Below the pieces are notes generated by a model, which worked only from the letters and a program-made list of their open reading frames with translations, was not told the origin of the DNA and did not search any database. Position numbers and translations under genes: made by a program. A DNA stretch of 63,360 bases, counting the filler. It is 20 parts of 20 records of this genome, joined end to end, with 100 filler letters (N's around TTAATTAATTAA, not from the genome) between each part and the next. Parts side by side here need not be neighbours in the genome. Positions count along the whole stretch, not along the records: positions 1 to 2,040 come from SRR36015645_71006; positions 2,141 to 5,505 come from SRR36015645_71410; positions 5,606 to 7,809 come from SRR36015645_71660; positions 7,910 to 10,676 come from SRR36015645_72263; 16 more parts are not named here. One strand, 5' to 3'. Of the stretch, positions 1 to 10,776 are shown one piece after another (the first letter of the stretch is position 1; every line of letters starts with the position of its first letter).

Positions 1-1873
1 CCTTTCTTTCTTCTTCTGTTCTTTTGTCAATTTTCCAGCTTTGTTTTTGTCAGAATTTGTACTTGATGACACACTCCCGCTAGAAGACAAGTCAACACTG
101 TTATCGCTCTTAGATGGGTTTGAAGAATTAGACAGGCTGTCCGACTTATTTCCAAATTGTCCTGGTTCTACATTGGTATAAAACTTTGCTCCTGATGGCT
201 CTGTTTGCCGATTTTCATCAGGCAAAGGCATGGGAGGCTTATTATGTGTCTTTTTTGCTTCTAAGTTTGGGTCATTCCCCGTTTTAACTTCCTCTGCGCT
301 GTTCTTCTCAAATGGAATCACCTTATTTGGCTGTTGATTCTTGTTCTTGGTAATTATGCGTCCTGTGTACTTCAGCTTAAACATTGGTGAAGAATCTGCA
401 TCCCCTGATGTGTAGGAAGCATCAAAGAAAGGAATATGCGTTTTGTTCGCTAATGGGTTCTGGGGCATAGGCGGTCGATCTGGTCTAGTTCTCAAAGATG
501 GTGAATCCGTTGGTGGGCTATACCTCTTATAAGAGCGCTCAGATCCGTCATGTTCAGAAATGGAAGTAAAGTTCTTTTTTGAAGGTGTCTCTCTGCGTGT
601 TTCTGGCGGGGTGCCACTAAACGAGTTACTATATGATACGGATGGTATGCTCGAACCCCTTCTTCGTGGTGTCTCAGGAGAGTGCGGTGGTGAAACATGT
701 TCCGGTATGTTAGCACGTGGTGACTGCTTTGACTTCTTCATTGGTTTTCGTATTTCTGGTGGAGTACCGGGTACCATTAAAAGATTCTCAGCTGTAGGAA
801 ATTGATGGAATTGAGGAACCTTTTCTCGATGGTGACTCAGAGTCTAAATTATCAGGAACCTCTTGTCGTTCATTAAATTCTTGCATTGTGCGTCGACTTC
901 CGAACTTTCCCTTCTTCTTCTCCTTTGTGGGAAGTTTTCTATTTTCTGGCGGAGTGCCATCTTGTTGATTTGAGTAGCCTGCGGCAGGGACACGTGACCT
1001 GCGCTCCAATTGGTAGTTTGGTTCCAACTCTTCATCAATGTAGTTTGGTTTCTTATAATTATTGATGTTTTCAGGTGCTGGATAATCGGGCTGCCTGTGC
1101 GTAAAATCCTCAACTGGAGGAAGAGACATTTCTAATGGAATCTGCTCTTTTCTGCCCAGGCTGCCTCTGTACCTTGGCTTTTCCTGTTTACGTTTATCAG
1201 CACCCTGCTTAGATTTTTCGTGCGACTGTTTAAGCTTCTCTTCAAACTCAATTATTTTTGCTTGCATTGTTTCTCTCTCCGTCTTTTGTGCGTCCGTTTC
1301 CATGGGTTCTTCTGGCTTTTGATTTTCTTGCTTGTTTTCCCTGTTACTTTTTGGAGGTCTTGGCTTATTGTGTTTCACTTCTGGTGCCTCACGACTTTTT
1401 TGTGCACTCTCAAGCTTCTTCCTCATTTCTCTAACCATATCAGGCTGTATTGCCTTCATTGACTCATCATCTACTTTAGTTTCAGAGGCATTTTCATTAT
1501 CCGAAGATGATTTGCTACTATTGGTACCCTTTTCGCCACTCTTCTCACTCTTAAGACTTTGCGAGGAGTTCTTTTTCTTTACTTCTACTTTTGGAGACCA
1601 ACCGTCACTTTCCATCTCTTGGTTATTCGACAGTTTTTGTTCTTCCTCAAGTGATTTACCACGGGACCTCACTGGTTGCTTTTTATTGCCTCTGGGCTCT
1701 TTCTCCTTTGGGCCTTTTCTTTTATTTTGTGGTACCTCATTTTTCTGATCGGCAACGTCGTTGTATTTTGGAGGCGGCGTATTCCTTTTACCCTTTCCCT
1801 TTTTCTTCTTTTCCTGTGCGGGTGATTCCGGTGGAGTCCATCCATCAGTTACAATCTTTGTTCTTCTTTTTAC
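1..1873 (-). pseudogene. Large exon for a K/E/S/P-rich low-complexity protein, disrupted by a stop and a frameshift
   Basis: A TTTTTGTAG acceptor precedes 1873. The frame is open from 1873 to TGA at 790-788 and resumes in a shifted frame that is open from 768 to 1. The motif S-x-P-x3-YS-x4/5-GTPPE recurs on both sides of the break. Confidence 0.55.
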
Positions 1874-2040
1874 CTACAAAAATATGAGGTGTTTTTGTTT
1901 AAAAATGCACAACAAGCAATGTGCAACACATTAGCAGGCATAAAACGACAGGAAGGGTGTTAAAACGTTATGTCTCTACTGACGTATGGCTGTAAACATG
2001 GACTGCGACATACTAACAACCGAATAAACGCATTCCATTG

Positions 2041-2140
2041 NNNNNNNNNNNNNNNNNNNNNNNNNNNNNNNNNNNNNNNNNNNNTTAATTAATTAANNNN
2101 NNNNNNNNNNNNNNNNNNNNNNNNNNNNNNNNNNNNNNNN
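2041..2140. other. Artificial contig linker (N44-TTAATTAATTAA-N44), first of 19
   Basis: Identical 100-bp linkers start at 2041, 5506, 7810, 10677, 14966, 18093, 20723, 23053, 25296, 28818, 32431, 36693, 40669, 44184, 48636, 51256, 53815, 55972 and 61018. ORFs ending in X...(LI)N are truncated at these linkers. Confidence 0.99.
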
Positions 2141-2720
2141 TTACTTAAAGATGTAAACAACATGTTCAATTTCTTCTTTAGGGTCACCACACATTGTGCA
2201 TGATATTTAATTATAGAGAACATTATCTACCAGAACAATATTTGAAAAAACACAGTTACTCAACAAAATATATTCTTCTTATCAGCCCGTGGCTGATCAC
2301 TGTCACTGCATCACGCATATATACCAATGCATACGGTCATAATTTTCGGACAATTATCTTGTTAGCCATACAGTAGATGTACATTTTGTACATGTACAAT
2401 GTAGGCATGGTAGGCTGGTATGCCAAGTGTAGTTTCCATGTTTTATGGTTTGCGATTGTAGAGTCGCTAGACATGCGAGCTCAATGCTAAGAAGGCAGGG
2501 TAGCCTAGTCCAGTGTGTACTGGACGGAAGCTAACATATTGGAAAAAAATGGCGTGCAGATAGTCCATACATTGCACAATTTTTAATTGGACTTAGGTTG
2601 CCCATTATTAGATAATATGTTAACATGACTTGGTTACAATCGCTTAGGCCTGTGTGCCAGATACCGTATTTAATTAAAATATACCGGGAATAAATGTTTC
2701 CTTTAAAGGAAGTGTGGTTT

Positions 2721-2878
2721 GCTTTTGCTGGAGCACAGATTGTCCTAAGGAAGGACATAGGTTGCTCATTTTTAGACAAGAAGTCATGCTTGAACACAAA
2801 TAGTCGTAAAGGTTAATAGAAATTGTGTTTGCTTCTTGCTTGAGCACAGATTGCCCTAGAAAAGGACATAGGTTGCTC
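2721..2878 (+). repeat. Imperfect direct repeat, about 47-bp unit at about 110-bp spacing, upstream of the Ngaro-type gag
   Basis: gcttttgctggagcacagattgtcctaaggaaggacataggttgctc (2721) vs gcttcttgcttgagcacagattgccctagaaaaggacataggttgctc (2831). Confidence 0.75.
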
Positions 2879-2950
2879 GTTACTTAGGCGAGGCTTCAAC
2901 TATGTGTATAGGTATAATTCATGTGCTATTGACTAAAACCTTTTTTATAG

Positions 2951-4324
2951 ATGTCGGGGAGAGGTAGACCCACGAGGAAGAGAAAAACACGGTCGGTAGA
3001 CACAGCAGTCGCCACAAAATTTATAACCACCACGAACAATGCGAGTGCTAAACGCACACGCACGGCGCAAGGCAATTTCATTCCAATATCTGACTGCACG
3101 CCAGCGGTGACAATTAGCGAAAACTCTGAAATGCACCATGAAAGAACACAGACTTCAAATTTACAAAAACTACTCGAACTGGGCGAAAGCTTGCAAAAGG
3201 AAGTACGCAATTTCTCGTTACATGTACTTCTCTCCACGGTAACTCAGAACAGTTTGGTCTCTACACCACAGACAGGGAATACAGAAGCATCTCCTTCCAA
3301 CGCACATTCTGCAACCTCAGCAGCATCGGGATCAAAAAACGGACGGCGAACCGAAACACTAACGCAGCGTTCAAAGACCAATGAAGGGCCTACTATCAGT
3401 CTATACAACGCATCCAGTGACGGTCCAATTACCAGCTACAAAGAGGCTGCAGAAGTGGTACAGGAAATGCTACAATGGGAGGGAGACAGGATATTACATC
3501 AGGAAACGCAGTCTTTGTCAGGTGAGGTGGCTGAGAGCATTTCAGTTTATTCTACTTCTGTACAGGGCCAACTGTTCGGCCATGTCTCAGAAAAAGTGCG
3601 ACAGCAAATTTTTAGTGAACAGTATGTAGATCTAGCTACTCTTTTGCCAAGGAATTTCGAATTCCTTAATGAGGAAGATGACACTAAGCAGCTCCTAGTG
3701 AGAAAAGTTGGGGGCATTGACACGGTTATGATAGGTAGGAAAAAAGATGAAAAGAAAATAAGCGGCATAGGTCAGTGGACTACCGCCTTTAACATATTCA
3801 TGGCTATTTATTTGAGCAAGTTTCCTTCTGAAACACACCACCTACTTGCCTACATGAACCGTGTCAGGCAGCTCCAATTTTCCTTCAAGGGAAATGCATG
3901 GCTGTTTTATGATACCGAATTTCGTAAACTACGTAGCCACAACAGTCAGCTTCACCCATGGCAAGACGTGAATACTGAACTGTGGACTTTTGGCATGAGT
4001 CAAGCTGACTGGGGTCAACAAAAGGTGGCCAAGAAATACACTAGACCTTACAATGACGCCAGCAGATTTGGCCAAAAGGGTTCTTTTCGCCAAAGACAAT
4101 TTCAAACACACTTGCCCCCAAAGCCCCAAGTGGGAACTTGTTTCCAATTCGCAAAAAATGGAACATGCAGTTTCGGGAGAAAGTGCAACTTCAGACATGA
4201 ACGTGACTGGAGTGGCTCCTCCGCAAATACAGCCAATGCAAAAAACCCCATGCACAACGCAAGAAAGCCAAGTTTGCCTGCCACAGCTACGGTTGCCAAC
4301 ACCCTTGCAGCTAGAAACGTTTGA
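2951..4324 (+). CDS. Gag-like ORF1 of an Ngaro/DIRS-group (tyrosine-recombinase) retrotransposon with a C-terminal CCCH finger
   Basis: 457 aa with YVDLATLLP, W..AF.IFM.IY, W..YD..FR and CFQFAKNGTCSFGRKCNFRH. It overlaps the downstream RT ORF, as expected for this group. Confidence 0.8.
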   Translation: MSGRGRPTRKRKTRSVDTAVATKFITTTNNASAKRTRTAQGNFIPISDCTPAVTISENSEMHHERTQTSNLQKLLELGESLQKEVRNFSLHVLLSTVTQNSLVSTPQTGNTEASPSNAHSATSAASGSKNGRRTETLTQRSKTNEGPTISLYNASSDGPITSYKEAAEVVQEMLQWEGDRILHQETQSLSGEVAESISVYSTSVQGQLFGHVSEKVRQQIFSEQYVDLATLLPRNFEFLNEEDDTKQLLVRKVGGIDTVMIGRKKDEKKISGIGQWTTAFNIFMAIYLSKFPSETHHLLAYMNRVRQLQFSFKGNAWLFYDTEFRKLRSHNSQLHPWQDVNTELWTFGMSQADWGQQKVAKKYTRPYNDASRFGQKGSFRQRQFQTHLPPKPQVGTCFQFAKNGTCSFGRKCNFRHERDWSGSSANTANAKNPMHNARKPSLPATATVANTLAARNV

Positions 4325-5505
4325 AATATACTTGCAAGGATACGATACCGATTTAAAAACCGATTTATTACATGACATAGAACATGGCTTTCGGCTAGGT
4401 TATCAAGGCAAGCATCCTGGTTTTTTGGCACCTAATTCAGCATCTGTGGAGAAATATAGTTCATTTCTTGCCCAAGAAATCAAGGAAGAAATCAAACTTG
4501 GTAGAATTGCTGGCCCTTTTGATAGCGCACCTTTCAAACCATTTGTATTTTCACCTTTGGCATACATTCCAATAAAGTACACCTAACAAGTTTCGTAGAA
4601 TTCATAATTTATCTTATCCTCAAAAAGGGGGCTCAGTAAATGAAAAAATTCCATCTGAGCTTTCATCAGTACAATGCACCACAACGGATGAAGCCGTTAA
4701 GATAATACTAACATTTGGAAGGTATTGTCGCTTAGCAAAGACAGACGTAGAGTCGGCTTTCCGAATTATTGCCATGCATCCCGACGATTATTATTTATTG
4801 GGCTTCTCACACTTGAAAGAATTTTTCTATGATCGAGTTATGCCACAGGGTGCCAGTAGTAGCTACAGAACGTGGGAAAGAGTTGCCACAGCTGTCGAAT
4901 GGATAGCCAAACATCAGAAAAACATTAATTCTGTATTAAATTATTTAGATGATTTCCTTCTAATAGGACCACCAAATGCTAGCACATGCAAAGACAATCT
5001 TCAGATTCTTTTAATGCTTTTTAATGAGCTAGGTATTCCCATAGCAAAGGACAAAACAATGGGCCCTTCCACAAAAATGAAATTCTTAGGCATTGAATTC
5101 GATACGTGTGCTATGGAATGCAGACTTCCCTGTGACAAACAAACTAAATGCATAAAATAAATCAGTAGTCTATTAAAACGTAAAAAGTGCACACTAAAAG
5201 AATTGCAATATGTTACAGGTCTCCTTAATTTCGCATGCAAAGTCGTGGTACCGGGTAGAACTTTTTTACGCAGAATGTACGATTTAACACAAGGCCGTAC
5301 CAAACCATACTATTATATTAAACTGACCAATGGAGTAAAGGAAGACCTACGCATGTGGTTATCATTTTTAACCAACTTCAATGGTGTGTCTATCATGCGT
5401 GAAACACAGTGGATAACATCAGACAAACTGCATTTATATACAGATGCAGCAGGGGCCATAGGATATGGGGCCTTACTGGGCAATGAATGGTTTTACGGTA
5501 CATGG
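4053..5505 (+). pseudogene. Ngaro/DIRS-type reverse transcriptase-RNase H, disrupted and 3'-truncated
   Basis: Motifs LPTPL, GF.LGY, GRIAGPF, KTDVESAFRII, YLDDFL, FLGIEFD, G.LNFA..VV.PGR.FLRR and LYTDAAG..GYG. There is a +1 frameshift near 4570-4586 and an in-frame TAA at 5158-5160. The recombinase lies beyond the fragment end. Confidence 0.85.
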
Positions 5506-5605
5506 NNNNNNNNNNNNNNNNNNNNNNNNNNNNNNNNNNNNNNNNNNNNTTAATTAATTAANNNNNNNNNNNNNNNNNNNNNNNNNNNNNNNNNNNNNNN
5601 NNNNN

Positions 5606-6334
5606 TTCAAGTTTAGAGACATCACAACTTTTGTATACATTTGCCGCACCACCAGAAGCAGTGGCCGCCTGTCCTGTGACATGATTACTCCCTCCTGCTT
5701 CCTCAGCCATCTTATATATAATAACATTACATTTGCGGTTTTCTCTATCCTGTTCCTCTGCTACTTTTTCCTTGACTAAATCTGAAACTTCAGATTTTAT
5801 AACAGACTTAATGGAACTAGCACTAGCCTTGTCACATAGTTCACTCTGAACCACTTCCAAAGTTTCCACAACTTGTTGGAGTTCATCTTTATCGCATTTT
5901 TTGCTAACTTCCTTTTTCATTAGCTCCATTTCATTTTCCAACTTGTCTTGTCTCATTGTAATATTGGTTAACGCTTTGAGAACATTTTTGCAACCAAACT
6001 CACAGTTTTGGCAAAACCAATGCAGCTTTCTTGCTGAACTATAGGTTACCAGCGTATCATACACCGGTTCCTCCATGTTTGCACATTCTATATGATACCA
6101 TCTATCGCATATCATACACTGTAAACCTTTTTCATTGTCCAAAACACATTTCTCACATAACTGACACATGCCATCAGTATCATCATTATGCCCTACTTCT
6201 GCCATTACATTGACATAAGTAGAAACACTATGGCGTGAATTAGATCTTGAGTTTACTTTGTTCACACGAGAACCTTTATTACCATTTGGTTTCTGCTTTA
6301 CGCTTACCGGTACTCCATCATGTCCACCAGACAT
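5606..6334 (-). CDS. PHD finger + coiled-coil protein, CR1/L2-type non-LTR ORF1-like, 3'-truncated
   Basis: PHD pattern CQLC...CMIC.RWYHIEC...WFCQNC, then a heptad-rich helix, then RENRKCNVIIYKMAE, the typical start of an ORF1p RRM region. First ATG is at 6334. Confidence 0.75.
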
Positions 6335-6615
6335 TGTATTTGTAGCATAAATATAAAAGTACAACAAACTAGCCCAACAAAATTCTGCTAATCATGACAG
6401 TGATGACATAACCAGAGGCAGAGTTAAGAAAAAAAAATTACCTTAAGTTACTCCAATTTGTAGAAAAATATCTCAAAAACAGCAAAACACACTTTCACCA
6501 ACTCTCACATGTCACAAATTTATGCAACATCTACAAGTAGAATACAAGTATATGTAACGAGTACGAGTCTACGCTGCGAGTAGGGTCAAATTAAGATATC
6601 AAATTTCTTACCTGG

Positions 6616-7632
6616 CTACTGTATTTTTCTTCTTTTTGGGTTTGCTGTGATAACGCTGCGTAGCCTTTTTGTTCTCCAGTTATGTTGGTTATGATTATCA
6701 TCAGTGTCACTCGTACTCGTGTCACAAGTAATTGATGTACATACAACGTTACCTGAATTGCTGTCAGATTCCTCACTTATTGATGAATATGATATCGAAA
6801 TGTCTGCTGAAATATCCGACAACAAAGAATCCTCCGACACATCCGAAAACTCGTTCGAAGAAATGTCTGAATATACCAATTCTCCTACACTCACAGATTT
6901 ATCGGTATGTTCCTGTTCCAGTAATTCCCTCACAACAGCCTGACGGAGGTTTCGAAACCAAGCGTTTCTCAGGTTCACGTTAGGATGTATGCCATCTGGC
7001 AACCTGTTAACACCAATGTATGTTGAGCTTACTTTTACCGAGTGGTCACTTTTTGAGGACCTTTTACACTTGCCGATTATTGCTGTATCGAAACTCAGAC
7101 TTCTAATTTTCTCGAACTTGTTAAACGCAACTATGCTGCTGTTGATTCTTGTAATGTCTATAATCAACCTTTGCTGCTGGTGTATATACCGTGTTGGGTC
7201 TTGCTCCAACAGACTAGCGTTTGCCTTACATTTGTCCAGTATTGCATAAGCAATTGACGCAATGCCAATTTTACATTCAACACCCTTATTGGTAAAAAAG
7301 GTCCTCAAGTCAGTTACAATTTCATAAAGATTTATCACAAGCCTTGGTACACTATACGGGTTGTGGTGAAGTTGGTACGTAATTTCCTTGGAATAAGGAT
7401 TTTTGTGTGTGATATTGTTTATACCCGCCAACAAGTATACTAAAACCAGGCTAAATCGACTACTCTGCCAGTGCTTTAAAAAGCTTTCCTTGATTGGATT
7501 TACAAGATCTTCAATTTTCGCACCTGGTTTTATGATAATGCAATGCTCAAGATTGTCTATTGGCTTGTTCTCGAGAAATTTTTCTAGTCCTCTTCCTCTG
7601 GAGTCTGCTCCGACTAACAACAAATTAGGCAT
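6616..7632 (-). CDS. SGNH/GDSL-like esterase-fold protein with acidic Ser-rich tail
   Basis: Block I VGADSRG, block II KPGA, block III LAGINN, block V LPDGIHP. Basic C-terminus PKRRK. Confidence 0.7.
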   Translation of the reverse strand: MPNLLLVGADSRGRGLEKFLENKPIDNLEHCIIIKPGAKIEDLVNPIKESFLKHWQSSRFSLVLVYLLAGINNITHKNPYSKEITYQLHHNPYSVPRLVINLYEIVTDLRTFFTNKGVECKIGIASIAYAILDKCKANASLLEQDPTRYIHQQQRLIIDITRINSSIVAFNKFEKIRSLSFDTAIIGKCKRSSKSDHSVKVSSTYIGVNRLPDGIHPNVNLRNAWFRNLRQAVVRELLEQEHTDKSVSVGELVYSDISSNEFSDVSEDSLLSDISADISISYSSISEESDSNSGNVVCTSITCDTSTSDTDDNHNQHNWRTKRLRSVITANPKRRKIQ

Positions 7633-7977
7633 CGCCTATTTTGCCCCAGCTGAGGCCACTTATCCATGTTGTCATGACATGCATGTGCATGAGCCCAGGT
7701 ATGTTTATCATTCATGAACAACCAAAATAATCCATGACTAGAAATGCGTCAAACCTGATGAGTGATGAACAACTATAGAGCTATACTAGTATAGAACACA
7801 TTATCCAGTNNNNNNNNNNNNNNNNNNNNNNNNNNNNNNNNNNNNNNNNNNNNTTAATTAATTAANNNNNNNNNNNNNNNNNNNNNNNNNNNNNNNNNNN
7901 NNNNNNNNNGAAGTGCGCTGATTGACAAGTGAACTCATACAAAAAGACTCAATCGTATCCACAGCCACAAGCACACC

Positions 7978-10676
7978 ATGCCAGAGATAGGTTGTCCATT
8001 CCCTGAATGTCAATATACCACAACAGACTGCACCGACGCACTGGCTGCAGTCTTGCTACAGGTACATGCATCAGGCACTCACTCCAATCTGGCAACGACC
8101 ACCTCACGAAGCCCATCGGCTAAAATTGAGAAAGTCAGGCGCCCCACAGTGACCAGTGCGGGAAGCAGCGAGGAATGGTTATACTTCAAAACCCGCTGGA
8201 AAGACTACGTTGAAGCCACAAAAGTTACCGGAAAGGACCTCGTCATCCAGCTCCTGGAATGCTGTGACGAAGAGCTCCGCAAAGATCTGACACGATCGTC
8301 CGGTGGCAGCCTAACCAGCAAATCAGAAGAAGAAGTGATGAATGCTATCAAAATTCTCGCTGTTCGAGACGAAAATACGATGGTTGCAAGGGTGGCGCTG
8401 TATAATATGCGGCAAGATAGAAATGAGGGAATACGTTCATTTGGAGCCCGCATACGTGGCCAAGCTGGAGTATGCAAATATGTCCAGAGCTGCCCGTCAT
8501 GCAACACGAATGTTAATTACACAGATCACATCCTCAGGGATATCTTGACACGTGGCATCGCCGATCCCGAAATACAACTTTACCTCCTCGGCGACAAAAA
8601 TCAGGAAATGAGCCTAGAGGAGGTGTTCAAATTTATAGAGGCAAAGGAGGCTGGGAAAAGATCTGCAGAAAAGCTGCTTGAGACCCACGGGGTAGAAGCA
8701 GCACGCAGTCAGTACCGTCGTGGTCAAAATGAGAAGTCCAAGGAGCGCAGCATTGGCAGATCTGAACCATGTACATACTGTGGTAAACGTGGCCATGGTA
8801 GGAACGCCCCACCCAATGTGAGGAAGCGAGAATGCCCGGCATACAACAAAACTTGCAAATCCTGTGGCCGGATCAACCATTTTGATGCTGTGTGTCGGAG
8901 CAAAGATAAACCATTACTAAACCAACCCAGTACACCCGCGCACCCTACAGAAGGTGAAAATGCTGTCTTCGATACACTCTGCACCATAACCCACATTTCT
9001 CAAAACCAGGGCAAACGCACTCTGACACTTGACCACCACATATACAACAACCTTAATGATTGCTGGGTGCGACAAACATCCAAGCCTCAACCATTTATCA
9101 ATCTGACTGCCACAATTTGCCCAAATGACTATAATGATCTAGGCTTTAAGTCAATCCCCTCCAGCACTATCAAAATATCAGTAGCAGCCATGGCCGACAC
9201 AGGCTGTCAAAGCTGCCTCGTCAGCTTAACGGTAATCAAGCGATTTGGCCTTTACAAAAAGGACCTAATACCAGTAACCATGCGTATGCATGCAGCTAAC
9301 AACAATGGCATAGATATCCTCGGTGCCATTATACTAAGATTCTCTGGCAAATCTAGATCTGGCAAAACTCTCGAAACACGTCAGATCACGTATGTGACAA
9401 GCGATTCCAACAAACTGTTCCTAAGTCGGGAAGCCTGCACAGCACTCGGCATGATCTCCAAGAACTTTCCCACCATTGGTGAAACTATCCCAGATAATAA
9501 CTGGGAGGTGAATGCTGTACATAATACAGGTGCTCCTATACCAACCACACCAGAACCAGATAGTGGTCTAACCATGAATTGTGAGTGCCCCCGCCGTCAG
9601 TCACCCCCAGCCAAACCGACCGAGCCACCCTTCCCGGCAACTGAATCCAATCGGGAGCGACTGCAGCAATGGTTACTAAAATATTACAAAGCCAGTAGCT
9701 TTAACACTTGCGAACACCAACCCCTACCAATGATGGAGGGTCCTCCCCTAAAGCTCATGGTGGATCCTGATGCAAAACCCGTGGCCTGTCACACTCCTGT
9801 CCCTGTTCCAATTCACTGGCAAGAGGAGGTCAAAAGAGGACTGGATCAGGATGTTAGACTTGGAGTGATTGAACCAGTCCCCATCGGTGAGCCCGTCACA
9901 TGGTGCCATCGCATGGTAGTCTGTGCCAAGAAAAGTGGAAAACCACGTCGCACTGTCGACCTCCAAGCACTTAACAGGCATGCCACAAGGGAAACTCACC
10001 ACACCCAATCCCCATTTCACCAGGCCAGATCTGTGCCACATGGCACCAAAAAGACCGTTTTTGATGCATGGAATGGTTACCACAGTGTACCACTGCATAA
10101 GGATGACAGACATCTCACAACTTTCATAACGCCATGGGGTCGTTACAGGTATAAGACTGCACCACAAGGCTATATAGCATCCGGTGACGGCTACACCAGG
10201 CGTTTCGACGAGATTGTCTCTGACTTCCCTAATAAAACAAAGTGCATTGATGATGCTCTGCTCTGGGCAGACAATCTTCATGATAGCTTTCTTCAGGCCG
10301 TAGAGTGGTTGGACATATGCGGTCGTCATGGAATTACCCTCAACCCAGAGAAATTCATGTTTGGTCTTGATACCGTAGAATTTGCAGGTTTTGAGATCAC
10401 ACCTGACAGTGTGCGACCTTGCAGGAAGTACCTCGATGCAATCCACAACTTCCCCACACCTGCCAACTTAACAGACATGCGTTCCTGGTTTGGTCTCATC
10501 AACCAGGTCTCATACGCCTTTGCCTCAGCAGAGCGCATGTTACCATTTCGAAAGTTGCTAAAACCCGATACACCATTCACGTGGAATGATGAGCTCAACC
10601 AACTCTTTGAGGAGTCTAAAGCAGTGATCATTGCAGAAATTGAGGAAGGTGTCCGCATTTTTGATAAATCCAAACC
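7978..10676 (+). mobile_element. Gypsy/Ty3 LTR retrotransposon gag-pol (gag, protease, RT), truncated before RNase H
   Basis: Zinc knuckles CTYCGKRGH and CKSCGRINHFDAVC, protease ADTGC, and RT motifs RRTVDLQALN, FDAWNGYH, FITPWGRYRY..APQG and CIDD. Confidence 0.9.
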
Positions 10677-10776
10677 NNNNNNNNNNNNNNNNNNNNNNNN
10701 NNNNNNNNNNNNNNNNNNNNTTAATTAATTAANNNNNNNNNNNNNNNNNNNNNNNNNNNNNNNNNNNNNNNNNNNN

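Noticed and set aside
9748-10446. 232-aa antisense ORF and the many other 60-200-aa antisense or overlapping ORFs in the track
   Set aside because: They are shadows of long coding frames and have no recognisable motifs.
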